A DNA stretch of 64,000 nt from assembly GCA_964016885.1 (NCBI GenBank), contig OZ024742.1, forward strand, positions 117,552,001-117,616,000, read 5' to 3'. This document shows, in pieces, positions 30,030-42,369 of the stretch. Position 1 is the first letter of the stretch; each line of letters opens with the position of its first letter. The stretch comes from Eledone cirrhosa (taxonomy: Eukaryota). A model generated the notes under the pieces. It was not told where the DNA came from and made no database searches. It saw only the letters and a list, made by a program, of their open reading frames with translations. The position numbers were made by a program, and so were the translations under genes.

Positions 30030-31780
30030 TCATCATCATCATCATCAACGTTTAACGTCCGTGTTCCACGCTTGCATGGGTTTGGACGGGGGTAGTCCCA
30101 CTTGAGGCAAGAGTGATTGTCTTGCTCGCATAGGACTGTCTGGCAGGTTTTCTACAGTTGGATGCCCTTCCTAACACCAACCACATTTACAGTGTGGGTC
30201 TGGGAGGTTTTTACCGTGTTGCCTACACGGCCACATTACAGCGTGGACTGTGTGTTTTTTTGTCGTGACACCTACACGATCTCATTTGTTTCGGCCTCGA
30301 TGGCGCGGCACCAACATAACTTTACATAGAACGGGGTGGTGTGGATCGGGTGGGGGTGGTGGTGGTGGGACGGGGTGTATTTTGTTAGAGATGCCTACTG
30401 GCTGGAGTAGGTTTTACTATATATTTAGGTAAGGCGGGTCTTCTCTGTTACTGAGTACCGCCAAAGGTCTCGGTCCAGTGACATTGTCTTGGAGAGGTGT
30501 AAGTGTGTGATGTCGGAGTTTATCAGCTCGTCCCAGGTTTTTCTAGGTCTGCCTATTCCGTGACTACAGTCTATCTTTATTGCCCTGCACTTTGTTATAC
30601 AGCTATCGACTTTCATGCGCATCACGTGTCCATACCAACGTAGCCTTCTCTCGAGTAAACAACATCTGATCCCTCTTATCTCTAATTTTTTTTTTTCCTT
30701 AGTTCGTTTATGCTTTGCCGTTCACGTATATTACTGTTACACATCCAGCGGAGCATGCAAGCTTCGTTCCTCTCTAGTCTGCGTATATCCTCTGCACACA
30801 ATGCCCAGGTCTCGCTGCCATGCAGCATTGCTGTTCGTATGCAGGCATCGTACAACCTGCCTTTCATTTTTAGTGAGAACCCTTTAGCAGCTAATAGTGG
30901 TATAAGCTCTCTGAACTTTTTCCAACCAGTTCTGACTCTAGCTACAGTACTTTCAGAGCACCCTCCCCCACTGCTGATTTTATCGCCCAGGTAACGGAAG
31001 CTGTCCACTATTTCTATAGAACCCTCTGCGCAATTGAAAGAGCTAGTAGTTTGTGGGCACTTGCTGCTACTTATTGCACCAGAGCACCGGCCACATGTAA
31101 AATCTATGTTCTTAGTTAGCTTACCTGTGATCCCACTACATCTTTTATGCACCCATACTTTGCATTTAGGACATAAAATGGAGTTTCTACCTACGCCTTT
31201 CCTACACACCGAGCACGACCATTTCCCAGAAGGGACCGCCGCCTTGTTTTCTTTCCTACAAACTAGTACTTTGGTCTTAGCCAGGTTAATTTTAAGTCCT
31301 TTTGTCTCTAGGCCGTGCTTCCATGTTTGGAATTTCTTCTCTAGCTCGGCCATTGATTCCGCTATGAGTGTCAGGTCGTCTGCGTATAGGAGTTCCCATG
31401 GGCAGCCTGTCTTGAACTCCTCTGTTATAGCCTGAAGGGCAATAATAAATAGTAGTGGGCTGAGAACAGAGCCCTGATGGACGCCAACTTTTACGCTAAA
31501 CTCTTCACTATATTCGTTGTTAATTCTAACCTTGCTGACTGTTTCTTTATACATGGCTTGTATAGCCCTCACAAGCCATTCGTCAACACCTAGTTTTCTA
31601 AGAGCCCACCAGATAATGGAGCGGGGGACTCTGTCGAAGGCTTTCTCCAAGTCGACAAAAGCTAAGTAGAGGGGTTTACCTTTAGCTAGGTACTTCTCCT
31701 GTAGTTGTCGTACTATGAAAAGAGCGTCTGTGGTACTTTTGCCTGACACAAACCCGAACTGCATTTCATCTAGGTCAATA
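30030..31780 (-). mobile_element. RTE LINE copy C, 5'-truncated, nearly identical to copy D
   Basis: RT/PHD portion of ORF 30682..32376; frameshift in a T-run near 30685-30697. Confidence 0.95.
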
Positions 31781-31851
31781 TACATATATATATATAATAT
31801 ATATATGTATATACATATATGTATATACATATATGTATATATACATATATG

Positions 31852-31887
<36 letters not shown>

Positions 31888-31986
31888 CATATATATATAT
31901 ACATATATGTATATATATATACATTGTATATATATGTATATATATATGTATATGTATATATATATATGTATATATATATATGTATG

Positions 31987-32018
<32 letters not shown>

Positions 32019-32209
32019 GACCCATGCTAGCGTGGAAAATGGACATTAAACGATGATGATGATGATGATCTATATATATATATATGGCCTCAGCCGGATG
32101 GCTGAAACAGGTAAAAGAGTAATATATGTATATAAACTGTAGAGTGCTTCTTATCCGATATCTGCATTGCTTTATTGTACTACAATAAAACTCACCTCCT
32201 ACATATATG

Positions 32210-32240
<31 letters not shown>

Positions 32241-32378
32241 GTATATATATATGTATGTATATATATATATATATGTATATATACGTAAGTATATATATAT
32301 ATGTATGTATATATATATATATATATACATACATATATATATATATATGTATATATATATATGTATATATATACATTC

Positions 32379-32433
<55 letters not shown>

Positions 32434-32452
32434 ATATATATATTCATTATAC

Positions 32453-32486
<34 letters not shown>

Positions 32487-32911
32487 ATATATATACACAT
32501 ATATATATATATATATATATGTGTATATAACAAACCTGGACCATAACTTCGATATTTTGCAATATCTCAGTTTGGTTTCCAAAAATCTGAAATCTACAAA
32601 ATCTGCTTGCAGTGTAATCAAGTTGTTGGTTCTGGAAGATCGAACAGAGGATTTACTTTCTCAACAGGCTTCCGTTCAGACACCAGGCCGGTTGAGAGTG
32701 AGCACATGTTTCTCCAAAGGGAGTTAACACCCAGTTTTCGTCAGTCAATTTCAAATTATGAGCAATGGAATAAGTTCCGTACACAAACTGAATTAAGCAC
32801 TCAAGCAGATCGCTATTAAACAAACATAAATAGTTGCGACCGATAGATAGTATTAGAAATTGGAAAGACCAACGGAAACATTGTTTCCTCGGTCGAATTC
32901 GATGAAAGTCG

Positions 32912-32964
<53 letters not shown>

Positions 32965-33097
32965 TATATATATATTATACATATATATATTATACATATA
33001 TATATATATATTATACATATATATAGATATATATACATATATATAGATATTTATATATATGTATAAATACATATATATATATATACATATATATAGA

Positions 33098-36000
33098 TCA
33101 GCCCCCACGCATCACCAGTATTATTACGCGGACCAATCAGAAACCAGAGGCCTATACTATCGCTTGCCTGGTTGCCTTTCGATATACGATATACGATATA
33201 TGATGGATGGATGGACTGCGGAATCCTGGAGAGTGGAGGTGAGAGAGAAAAATCTGGACGCTCAGCGACAATGCCAAAGATAAAGACAAATTCACCCCTT
33301 GGACGAGAATGCGAGCACTCCTCATTGTTTCGACCACGGACGGCTAACATAACCCCATCGCCCCCCGCCCCTCACCGCCCCCAACCCCCAAACGCAATCC
33401 AAAACTTCAGAGTTGGTACCATAAATGTAGGCACCCTAAAGGGTCGCGCTAACGAGGTTGTAGAAATGCTTGAACGTAAGGAGGTCGATGTTTGTTGTAT
33501 TCAAGAGACCAGGTGGAGGGGTGGGTCTGCTAGGTTCATTGAGGGTAAAAAACGTTGTTATAAGCTTTTCTGGGTGGGAAACGACGATGGGCTGGGTGGA
33601 GTAGGAATCATGGTAGCAGAAAAGTGGGCAGATAAGATAATAGACGTAAATAGAGTGAACGACAGAATAATTAAAATACGACTTGTCCTCAATAGAACTA
33701 CGGTGACAGTAATATCTGCGTACGCACCCCAATCCGGACTGCCCGGCACTATAAAAGACAGATTCTATGAGACACTGATGCTAACTACCTCCCAAATATC
33801 CGACAGTGACTATATAATTATCGCAGGCGACCTAAATGGTCACGTTGGACAACATTGTGACGGCTACGACGAAATCCATGGAGGCTATGGGTTTGGTACT
33901 AGAAATGAGGAAGGCTCCAGAATCCTGGAATTCTGTGATGCAAATAACCTAACTATCTGTAACACTAACTTCAAAAAACGTGACAATCACCTGATCACCT
34001 ATAGATCCGGGGAACACACAAGCCAGGTAGATTATATCCTTACCAGAAGACGTGACAGAGTGTCTGTTGTTAACACTAAATCCCTCCCCCATGAAGAATG
34101 CACCTCCCAACATAGACTGATAATTAGCGACCTCATAGTCAGGACGAGACGTACTCGACAACAGAAGAGGACTATCCTCAGGAGGAAAATATGGAAGCTA
34201 AAGGACCCCACAGCCAGGAATAAATTTCAAAGCATATTACTTGATGCTTTCGACAGTAAGGAAGAACATTTAGAGTCGGACAATATAGAGGGAGAGTGGG
34301 AATTTCTGAAAGCAAACCTGCTGTTGGCGACAGACGAAGTCTGTGGCTGGAGCAGGCCTGTAGGCAGGAGGAGAGTAACATGGTGGTGGAACAGTAAGGT
34401 GGAGGGGTCAATTAAGGCCAAAAAGCAGGCTTGGAAAGTATGGCGGGATGGGGGAAGTAGAGAGGACTATCAAGTGGCCAGGAGGGAAGCTAGGAGACAA
34501 GTGTACTTAGCAAGAAGGGAAGCTGAGGAAAGAAAGTTCAAGCATGTTCTACAACGCGATGACCAAAAACGTGAGGTGTTCAGGATTGCTAGGCAATGCG
34601 TCAAGGAAAACCGTGATATTGTCGGGGAGAAGTGTGTACTAAACGACGATGGCACACTTGCCATCACCGACGCTGATAAGAAGGTAGCTTGGAAGTGTCA
34701 CTATGAAAGGCTTCTAAATGAGGAGAATAATTGGGAGAAAGGCAGTCTCCCCCATATCGACCCAATAGAGGGACCAGCAGTGTTAGTCGAGGGGAGTATA
34801 ATAAGTAAGGCAATCAAGGATATGAAGACTGGTAAGGCGGCTGGGCCTTCGGAAATAGTTGCTGAGATGCTGAAGGCATCTGGCACGGTGGGACACACCA
34901 TGGTCACCCGCATAGTTAACCAAGTCGTACAGAATGGGGTTGTTCCGAAGGACTGGCATAGCAGCATCATCGTTAACTGTTATAAGGGTAAAGGAGACGC
35001 CCTAGATAGGAGTAACTATAGAGGCATTAAATTAATCGACCAGGTCATGAAGGTCACGGAAAGAGTAATAGCGCAACTAATCAGAGAGAGAATTGACCTA
35101 GATGAAATGCAGTTCGGGTTTGTGTCAGGCAAAAGTACCACAGACGCTCTTTTCATAGTACGACAACTACAGGAGAAGTACCTAGCTAAAGGTAAACCCC
35201 TCTACTTAGCTTTTGTCGACTTGGAGAAAGCCTTCGACAGAGTCCCCCGCTCCATTATCTGGTGGGCTCTTAGAAAACTAGGCGTTGACGAATGGCTTGT
35301 GAGGGCTATACAAGCCATGTATAAAGAAACAGTCAGCAAGGTTAGAATTAACAACGAATATAGTGAAGAGTTTAGCGTAAAAGTTGGCGTCCATCAGGGC
35401 TCTGTTCTCAGTCCACTACTATTTATTATTGCCCTTCAGGCTATAACAGAGGAGTTCAAGACAGGCTGCCCATGGGAACTCCTATACGCAGACGACCTGA
35501 CACTCATAGCGGAATCAATGGCCGAGCTAGAGAAGAAATTCCAAACATGGAAGCACGGCCTAGAGTCAAAAGGACTTAAAATTAACCTGGCTAAGACCAA
35601 AGTGCTAGTTTGTAGGAAAGAAAACAAGGCGGCGGTCCCTTCTGGGAAATGGTCGTGCTCGGTGTGTAGGAAAGGCGTAGGTAGAAACTCCATTTTATGT
35701 CCTAAATGCAAAGTATGGGTGCATAAAAGATGTAGTGGGATCACAGGTAAGCTAACTAAGAACATAGATTTTACATGTGGCCGGTGCTCTGGTGCAATAA
35801 GTAGCAGCAAGTGCCCACAAACTACTAGCTCTTTCAATTGCGCAGAGGGTTCTATAGAAATAGTGGACAGCTTCCGTTACCTGGGCGATAAAATCAGCAG
35901 TGGGGGAGGGTGCTCTGAAAGTACTGTAGCTAGAGTCAGAACTGGTTGGAAAAAGTTCAGAGAGCTTATACCACTATTAGCTGCTAAAGGGTTCTCACTA

Positions 36001-36846
36001 AAAATGAAAGGCAGGTTGTACGATGCCTGCATACGAACAGCAATGCTGCATGGCAGTGAGACCTGGGCATTGTGTGCAGAGGATATACGCAGACTAGAGA
36101 GGAACGAAGCTTGCATGCTCCGCTGGATGTGTAACAGTAATATACGTGAACGGCAAAGCATAAACGAACTAAGGAAAAAATTAGAGATAAGAGGGATCAG
36201 ATGTTGTTTACTCGAGAGAAGGCTACGTTGGTATGGACACGTGATGCGCATGAAAGTCGATAGCTGTATAACAAAGTGCAGGGCAATAAAGATAGACGGT
36301 AGTCACGGAATAGGCAGACCTAGAAAAACCTGGGACGAGCTGATAAACTCCGACATCACACACTTACACCTCTCCAAGACAATGTCACTGGACCGAGACC
36401 TTTGGCGGTACTCAGTAACAGAGAAGACCCGCCTTACCTAAATATATAGTAAAACCTACTCCAGCCAGTAGGCATCTCTAACAAAATACACCCCGTCCCA
36501 CCACCCCCACCCCCACCCGATCCACACCACCCCGTTCTATGTAAAGTTATGTTGGTGCCGCGCCTTCGAGGCCGAAACAAATGAGATCGTGTAGGTGTCA
36601 CGACAAAAAAACACACAGTCCACGCTGTAATGTGGCCGTGTAGGCAACACGGTAAAAACCTCCCAGACCCACACTGTAAATGTGGTTGGTGTTAGGAAGG
36701 GCATCCAACTGTAGAAAACCTGCCAGACAGTCCTATGCGAGCAAGACAATCACTCTTGCCTCAAGTGGGACTACCCCCGTCCAAACCCATGCAAGCGTGG
36801 AACACGGACGTTAAACGTTGATGATGATGATGATGATGATGATGAT
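33098..36846 (+). mobile_element. RTE LINE copy D, full-length, apparently intact
   Basis: Short 5' UTR, single ORF, 3' UTR of about 380 nt, (GAT)n tail, (TA)n on both sides. Confidence 0.97.
33211..36441 (+). CDS. RTE LINE polyprotein: APE endonuclease, reverse transcriptase and PHD-type zinc finger
   Basis: APE motifs TINVGTL, CIQETRW, AGDLNGH, SQVDYIL, SQHR; RT motifs [23 protein letters not shown]; uninterrupted frame 33172..36441; first in-frame ATG at 33211 (alternative 33271). Confidence 0.95.
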   Translation: MDCGILESGGEREKSGRSATMPKIKTNSPLGRECEHSSLFRPRTANITPSPPAPHRPQPPNAIQNFRVGTINVGTLKGRANEVVEMLERKEVDVCCIQETRWRGGSARFIEGKKRCYKLFWVGNDDGLGGVGIMVAEKWADKIIDVNRVNDRIIKIRLVLNRTTVTVISAYAPQSGLPGTIKDRFYETLMLTTSQISDSDYIIIAGDLNGHVGQHCDGYDEIHGGYGFGTRNEEGSRILEFCDANNLTICNTNFKKRDNHLITYRSGEHTSQVDYILTRRRDRVSVVNTKSLPHEECTSQHRLIISDLIVRTRRTRQQKRTILRRKIWKLKDPTARNKFQSILLDAFDSKEEHLESDNIEGEWEFLKANLLLATDEVCGWSRPVGRRRVTWWWNSKVEGSIKAKKQAWKVWRDGGSREDYQVARREARRQVYLARREAEERKFKHVLQRDDQKREVFRIARQCVKENRDIVGEKCVLNDDGTLAITDADKKVAWKCHYERLLNEENNWEKGSLPHIDPIEGPAVLVEGSIISKAIKDMKTGKAAGPSEIVAEMLKASGTVGHTMVTRIVNQVVQNGVVPKDWHSSIIVNCYKGKGDALDRSNYRGIKLIDQVMKVTERVIAQLIRERIDLDEMQFGFVSGKSTTDALFIVRQLQEKYLAKGKPLYLAFVDLEKAFDRVPRSIIWWALRKLGVDEWLVRAIQAMYKETVSKVRINNEYSEEFSVKVGVHQGSVLSPLLFIIALQAITEEFKTGCPWELLYADDLTLIAESMAELEKKFQTWKHGLESKGLKINLAKTKVLVCRKENKAAVPSGKWSCSVCRKGVGRNSILCPKCKVWVHKRCSGITGKLTKNIDFTCGRCSGAISSSKCPQTTSSFNCAEGSIEIVDSFRYLGDKISSGGGCSESTVARVRTGWKKFRELIPLLAAKGFSLKMKGRLYDACIRTAMLHGSETWALCAEDIRRLERNEACMLRWMCNSNIRERQSINELRKKLEIRGIRCCLLERRLRWYGHVMRMKVDSCITKCRAIKIDGSHGIGRPRKTWDELINSDITHLHLSKTMSLDRDLWRYSVTEKTRLT

Positions 36847-36867
36847 ATATACATATATATATATATC

Positions 36868-36929
<62 letters not shown>

Positions 36930-36985
36930 TATATATAGATATATATATATATAGAGAGAGAGATATATATATATACATATATATA

Positions 36986-37192
36986 TGGACAAATGGAAGT
37001 ACAGCATAGTCGAAGCTCGAGCCACAGCTAAGCCAACAAATGCAATCAGAAGTGCAGCCAAGCACTCAATAAGGTATAAAACCTTAGAATAATAACATTC
37101 CGTTTAAAGGGCTTTGCAAATTGAAGATAGCAACTGGTAATTCAGCCACGGGGACCGTAGCAAGGAAAGAACTGACTCGCAAGAAAAAATAC
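36986..37192. repeat. Second copy of the 22082-22267 repeat
   Basis: Direct match, with an extra segment of about 20 nt. Confidence 0.85.
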
Positions 37193-37194
37193 AT

Positions 37195-37960
37195 ACATCA
37201 TCATCATCATCATCATCATCATCAGGTTTAGCGTCCGTGTTCCACGCTTGCATGGGTTTGGGCGGGGGTTTTCCCACTTGAGGCAAGAGTGGTTGTCTTG
37301 CTCGCATAGGACTGTCTGGCGGGTTTTCTACAGTTGGATGCCCTTCCTAACACCAACCACATTTACAGTGTGGGGCTGGGAGGTTTTTAGCGTGTTGCCT
37401 ACACGGCCACATTACAGCGTGGACTGTCTGGCGGGTTTTCTACAGCTGGATGCCCTTCCTAACACCAACCACATTTACAGTGTGGGGCTGGGAGGTTTTT
37501 ACCGTGTTACCTACACGGCCACATTTACAGCGTGGACTGTGTTTTTTTTTGTCGTGACACCTACACGATCTCATTTGTTTCGGCCTGGATGTTGTGGGAC
37601 CAACATAACTTTACATTGAAAGGGGCGGTGTGGATGGGGTGGAGGTGGTGGGACGGGGGTGTGTTTTGATAGAGATGCCTACTGACTGTAGTAGGTTTTT
37701 ACTTTGTTTTTAGGTAAGGCGGGTCTTCTCCATTACTGAGTACAGCCAAAGGTCTCGGTCCAGTGACATTGTCTTGGAGAGGTGTAAGCGTGTGAGGTCG
37801 GAATTTATCAGCTCGTCCCATGTTTTTCTGGGTCTGCCTACTCCGTGGCTACCGTCTATCTTTATTGCCCTGCACTTTGTTATACAGCTGTCGTCTTTCA
37901 TGCGCATCACGTGACCGTACCAACGTAGCCTTCTCTCGAGTAAACAACATCTGATCCCTC
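37195..37960 (-). mobile_element. RTE LINE copy E, short 3' fragment (B-like)
   Basis: ORF end, duplicated 3' UTR block, (CAT)n tail. Confidence 0.93.
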
Positions 37961-38037
37961 ATATATACATATAAGGAATTGTGGTAAGGAACCAGAGTAC
38001 TCAATACTGGGGTCATACTTTTTCATATATATATATG

Positions 38038-38071
<34 letters not shown>

Positions 38072-38133
38072 TTATATATATATATGTATATATATATTAT
38101 ATATATATATATGTATATATATATATGTATATA

Positions 38134-38246
<113 letters not shown>

Positions 38247-38362
38247 TAAATATAAATATTTAGTATCTCCAAAGAAATACAGTTTTAGGAAGCCGTAGCT
38301 ATGCAAACACCGGGAGGGGGGCTAACGCCCTCTGGTGATATCCAGCAGAAGCAAGGGCGACA

Positions 38363-38406
38363 ACCGTCTATGCATTTCAGGCTTAACTAGCCTTCGTCAG
38401 GACGGT
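38363..38406 (-). ncRNA. Canonical minimal type I hammerhead ribozyme
   Basis: accgtc-CTGACGA-aggct(agtta)agcct-GAAA-tgca-TA-gacggt; perfect helices I and II, palindromic tgca loop III. Confidence 0.9.
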
Positions 38407-38588
38407 CCCTTCCACCGCTTGCGACTGCTGGACTAGAAGACAGCTAAGAATATATACTTTTCTCGTCTATGTAAATGAGGTGATTAATCTCAAATGAAAT
38501 AATCTCAAATGAAATAAAAAAGAAATAGGATTTCGCTTCAAGCATAGCTTTATACAATATGTATAAATATTTTACACACACATATATA

Positions 38589-38812
38589 TCATCATCATCA
38601 TCATCATCATCATTTTACGTCCGCTTTTCCCTGTTTGCAAGGGTGGGACGGGAACTGATTCTGACTTGATTTCTACAGCTGGATGCCCTTCCTAACACAA
38701 ACCTCATTTACAGTGAGTGGTGGGTGCTTTTTTGCCGTGGCACCTCCACGACCACTTTACAGTGGAATGATAGGGGCCACAGTCACTATCATCTCTTTTC
38801 TACAGTTGAGTA

Positions 38813-38815
<3 letters not shown>
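38589..38815 (-). mobile_element. SINE family 1, 5'-truncated
   Basis: Matches 7613-7842. Confidence 0.85.
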
Positions 38816-38844
<29 letters not shown>

Positions 38845-38848
<4 letters not shown>

Positions 38849-40602
38849 TCATCATCATCATCATCATCAACGTTTAACGTCCGTGTTCCACGCTTGCATG
38901 GGTTTGGACGGGGGTAGTCCCACTTGAGGCAAGAGTGATTGTCTTGCTCGCATAGGACCGTCTGGCAGGTTTTCTACAGTTGGATGCCCTTCCTAACACC
39001 AACCACATTTACAGTGTGGGTCTGGGAGGTTTTTACCGTGTTGCCTACACGGCCACATTACAGCATGGACTGTGTGTTTTTTGTCGTGACACCTACACGA
39101 TCTCATTTGTTTCGGCCTGGATGGCGCGGCACCAACATAACTTTACATAGAACGGGGTGGTGTGGATGGGGTGGGGGTGGTGGCGGGACGGGGTGTAGTT
39201 TGTTAGAGATGCCTACTGGCAAGGCGGGTCTTCTCTGTTACTGAGTACCGCCAAAGGTCACGGTCCAGTGACATTGTCTTGGAGAGGTGTAAGTGTGTGA
39301 GGTCGGAGTTTATCAGCTCATCCCATGTTTTTCTAGGTCTGCCTATTCCGTGGCTACCGTCTATCTTTATTGCCCTGCACTTTGTAATACAGCTATCGAC
39401 TTTCATGCGCATCACGTGTCCATACCAACGCAGCCTTCTCTCGAGTAAACAACATCTGATCCCTCTTATCTCTAATTTTTTTCCTTAGTTCGTTTATGCT
39501 TTGCCGTTCACGTATATTACTGTTACACATCCAGCGGAGCATGCAAGCTTCGTTCCTCTCTAGTCTGCGTATATCCTCTGCACACAATGCCCAGGTCTCA
39601 CTACCATGCAGCATTGCTGTTCGTATGCAGGCATCGTACAACCTGCCTTTCATTTTTAGGGAGAACCCTTTAGCAGCTAATAGTGGTATAAGCTCTCTGA
39701 ACTTTTTCCAACCAGTTCTGACTCTAGCTACAGTACTTTCAGAGCACCCTCCCCCACTGCTGATTTTATCGCCCAGGTAACGGAAGCTGTCCACTATTTC
39801 TATAGAACCCTCTGCGCAATTGAAAGAGCTAGTATTTTGTGGGCACTTGCTGCTACTTATTGCACCAGAACACCGGCCACATGTAAAGTCTATGTTCTTA
39901 GTTAGCTTACCTGTGATCCCACTACATCTTTTATGCACCCATACTTTGCATTTAGGACATAAGATGGAGTTTCTACCTACGCCTTTCCTACATACCGAGC
40001 ACGACCATTTCCCAGAAGGGACCGCCGCCTTGTTTTCTTTCCTACAAACTAGAACTTTGGTCTTAGCCAGGTTAATTTTAAGTCCTTTTGACTCTAGGCC
40101 GTGCTTCCATGTTTGGAATTTCTTCTCTAGCTCGGCCATTGATTCCGCTATGAGTGTCAGGTCGTCTGCGTATAGGAGTTCCCATGGGCAGCCTGTCTTG
40201 AACTCCTCTGTTATAGCCTGAAGGGCAATAATAAATAGTAGGGGGCTGAGAACAGAGCCCTGATGGACGCCAACTTTTACGCTAAACTCTTCACTATATT
40301 CGTTGTTAATTCTAACCTTGCTGACTGTTTCTTTATACATGGCTTGTATAGCCCTCACAAGCCATTCGTCAACGCCTAGTTTTCTAAGAGCCCACCAGAT
40401 AATGGAGCGGGGGACTCTGTCGAAGGCTTTCTCCAGGTCGACAAAAGCTAAGTAGAGGGGTTTACCTTTAGCTAGGTACTTCTCCTGTAGTTGTCGTACT
40501 ATGAAAAGAGCGTCTGTGGTGCTTTTGCCTGACACAAACCCGAACTGCATTTCATCTAGATCAATTCTCTCTCTGATTAGTTGCGCTATTACTTTTTCCG
40601 TG
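38845..40602 (-). mobile_element. RTE LINE copy F, 5'-truncated
   Basis: ORF 39393..40631 (RT plus PHD); T-run frameshift; small deletion near the stop codon. Confidence 0.95.
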
Positions 40603-40646
40603 AATATATATATATATATACACACACACATATATATATATATATG

Positions 40647-40689
<43 letters not shown>

Positions 40690-40785
40690 GTACATATATA
40701 TATATATGTGTGTGTGTGTGCGTGTGTATATATATATATGTGTGTGTGTGTATATATATATATATGCGTATATATATATATATAT

Positions 40786-40938
40786 ATATAAGATCAAAAG
40801 ATGGTTAAATGAGTTCCATGTATTTAACCATCTTTTGATCTTATATATTATGTATACTCCAGTCCTACAAACTGTAGAGTGCTTCTTATCCGATATCTGC
40901 ATTGCTTTATTGCACTACAATAAAACTCATCTCCAACA
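40786..40938. repeat. Short palindrome (40786-40845) plus PLE-end fragment of the 56627 family
   Basis: Matches 56925-57040 and 32133-32203. Confidence 0.8.
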
Positions 40939-40953
40939 TATATATATATATGC

Positions 40954-40984
<31 letters not shown>

Positions 40985-41144
40985 CATATATTTGCCCTCT
41001 TGATATGTGATATAGGTGGAAGTATTTCTCATCAATGCTATGTCTAAAAATTAATGGGGGGAAATATCAAAGTAGGAAATATAGGAAAGGAGTACTAAAA
41101 GTAAGAGAGAGAGGCTGCCAAATGATCATGTGTTTTATTGTGAT

Positions 41145-41591
41145 ATCATCATCATCATCTTCACCGTTTTACGTTCGTTCTTCTACGCTAGCATGGGTTA
41201 GATGGGTTGTCCTGTTGTGGGCAGTGTCCAGTTGGCTGACCTTGTCTTGCTCATATGGGAACTGATTCTGGCTTGATTTCTACAGCTGGATGCCCTTCCT
41301 AACACCAACCTCATTTACAGTGAGTGCTGGGTGCTTTTTTTCCCATGGCACCTACACGTCCACTTTACAGTGAGTGCTGGGTGCTTTTTTGCCATGGCAC
41401 CTCCATGATCACTTTGCAGTGGTATGATAGGGACCCCAGTCCTATCATCTCATTTCTACAGCTGAGTAAACTGGAGCAATGTGAAATAAAGTATCTTGCT
41501 CAAGGAAACAACACATCACCCGGTCCGAGAATTGAACTCACAACCTTTCGATTGCAAGCCCAATGCTCTAACCACTAAACCATGCGCCTTC
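41145..41591 (-). mobile_element. SINE family 1 with an alternative RTE tail
   Basis: Same head and core; its 3' half matches the 3' UTR 6760-7002. Confidence 0.9.
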
Positions 41592-41915
41592 ATTCGATGG
41601 CTGTGAGAATGAGTACTGAATACTCTAGTAGAGATTAGTATTTTTTGTTAAAGTCAAATCAGTTCTGTTATTCTGGATGTTTACCAGTGTTCACAGGGCC
41701 ATCAAACAAGACAGGTGAAACAGCAGAATAACAGGACTCTGACTTGACCTGCTAGCGTGGAAGATAGACGTTAAATGACGATGACGATGATTGTGTGTGT
41801 GTGTATATATGTGTATGTAAATATATTAGTATATGCATGTGTATATATATATATATGTATATACATATATATGTATATATATATATGCATATATATATAT
41901 ATATATATATCTGCT

Positions 41916-41958
<43 letters not shown>

Positions 41959-42007
41959 TCATCATTTCATCATTTTACATCCGCTCTTCCCTGCTTGCAA
42001 GGGTATT

Positions 42008-42038
<31 letters not shown>

Positions 42039-42094
42039 ATAAGTAGATATGTATGTATATATATGTGTGTGTGTGTATATATATATATGTATAT

Positions 42095-42282
42095 AATTGT
42101 TTCTACTTTTTGGCACAAGGCCAGCAATTACCCAGTGCATTACTGGTACTTTATTTTATCGACCTCGTAAGGATGAAAGGCAAAGTTAACCTCGGCGGGA
42201 TTTGAAATCAGAATGGCAAGGGCCGTAACTCTATGCGTCAAAGCATGGCGTTCGACCCTCTACCGATACTGCCAATCCACCA
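42095..42282 (-). mobile_element. SINE family 2
   Basis: Matches 50010-50196. Confidence 0.88.
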
Positions 42283-42369
42283 ATGAAGGAAGTGTGGTAA
42301 GGAACCAGGTGGACCATAATGCGCTAGAGCACTCAATACTTTGGGTAGTAGAGTGGGTAATAGGAAAAT

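Noticed and set aside
30682-32376. 564-aa ORF as a novel fusion protein
   Set aside because: A stop-free TA tract read in frame into truncated RTE copy C
32700-32750. Minus-strand hammerhead CTGACGA...GAAAcatgTG
   Set aside because: Position 17 would be G, and helices I and II pair poorly
33098-33210. HDV-like ribozyme in the RTE 5' UTR (known for some RTEs)
   Set aside because: The nested double pseudoknot could not be traced by eye; needs an RNArobo or Infernal search
35436-36251. Recurrent antisense ORFs inside RTE copies
   Set aside because: They recur only because the copies are near-identical; no independent coding signal
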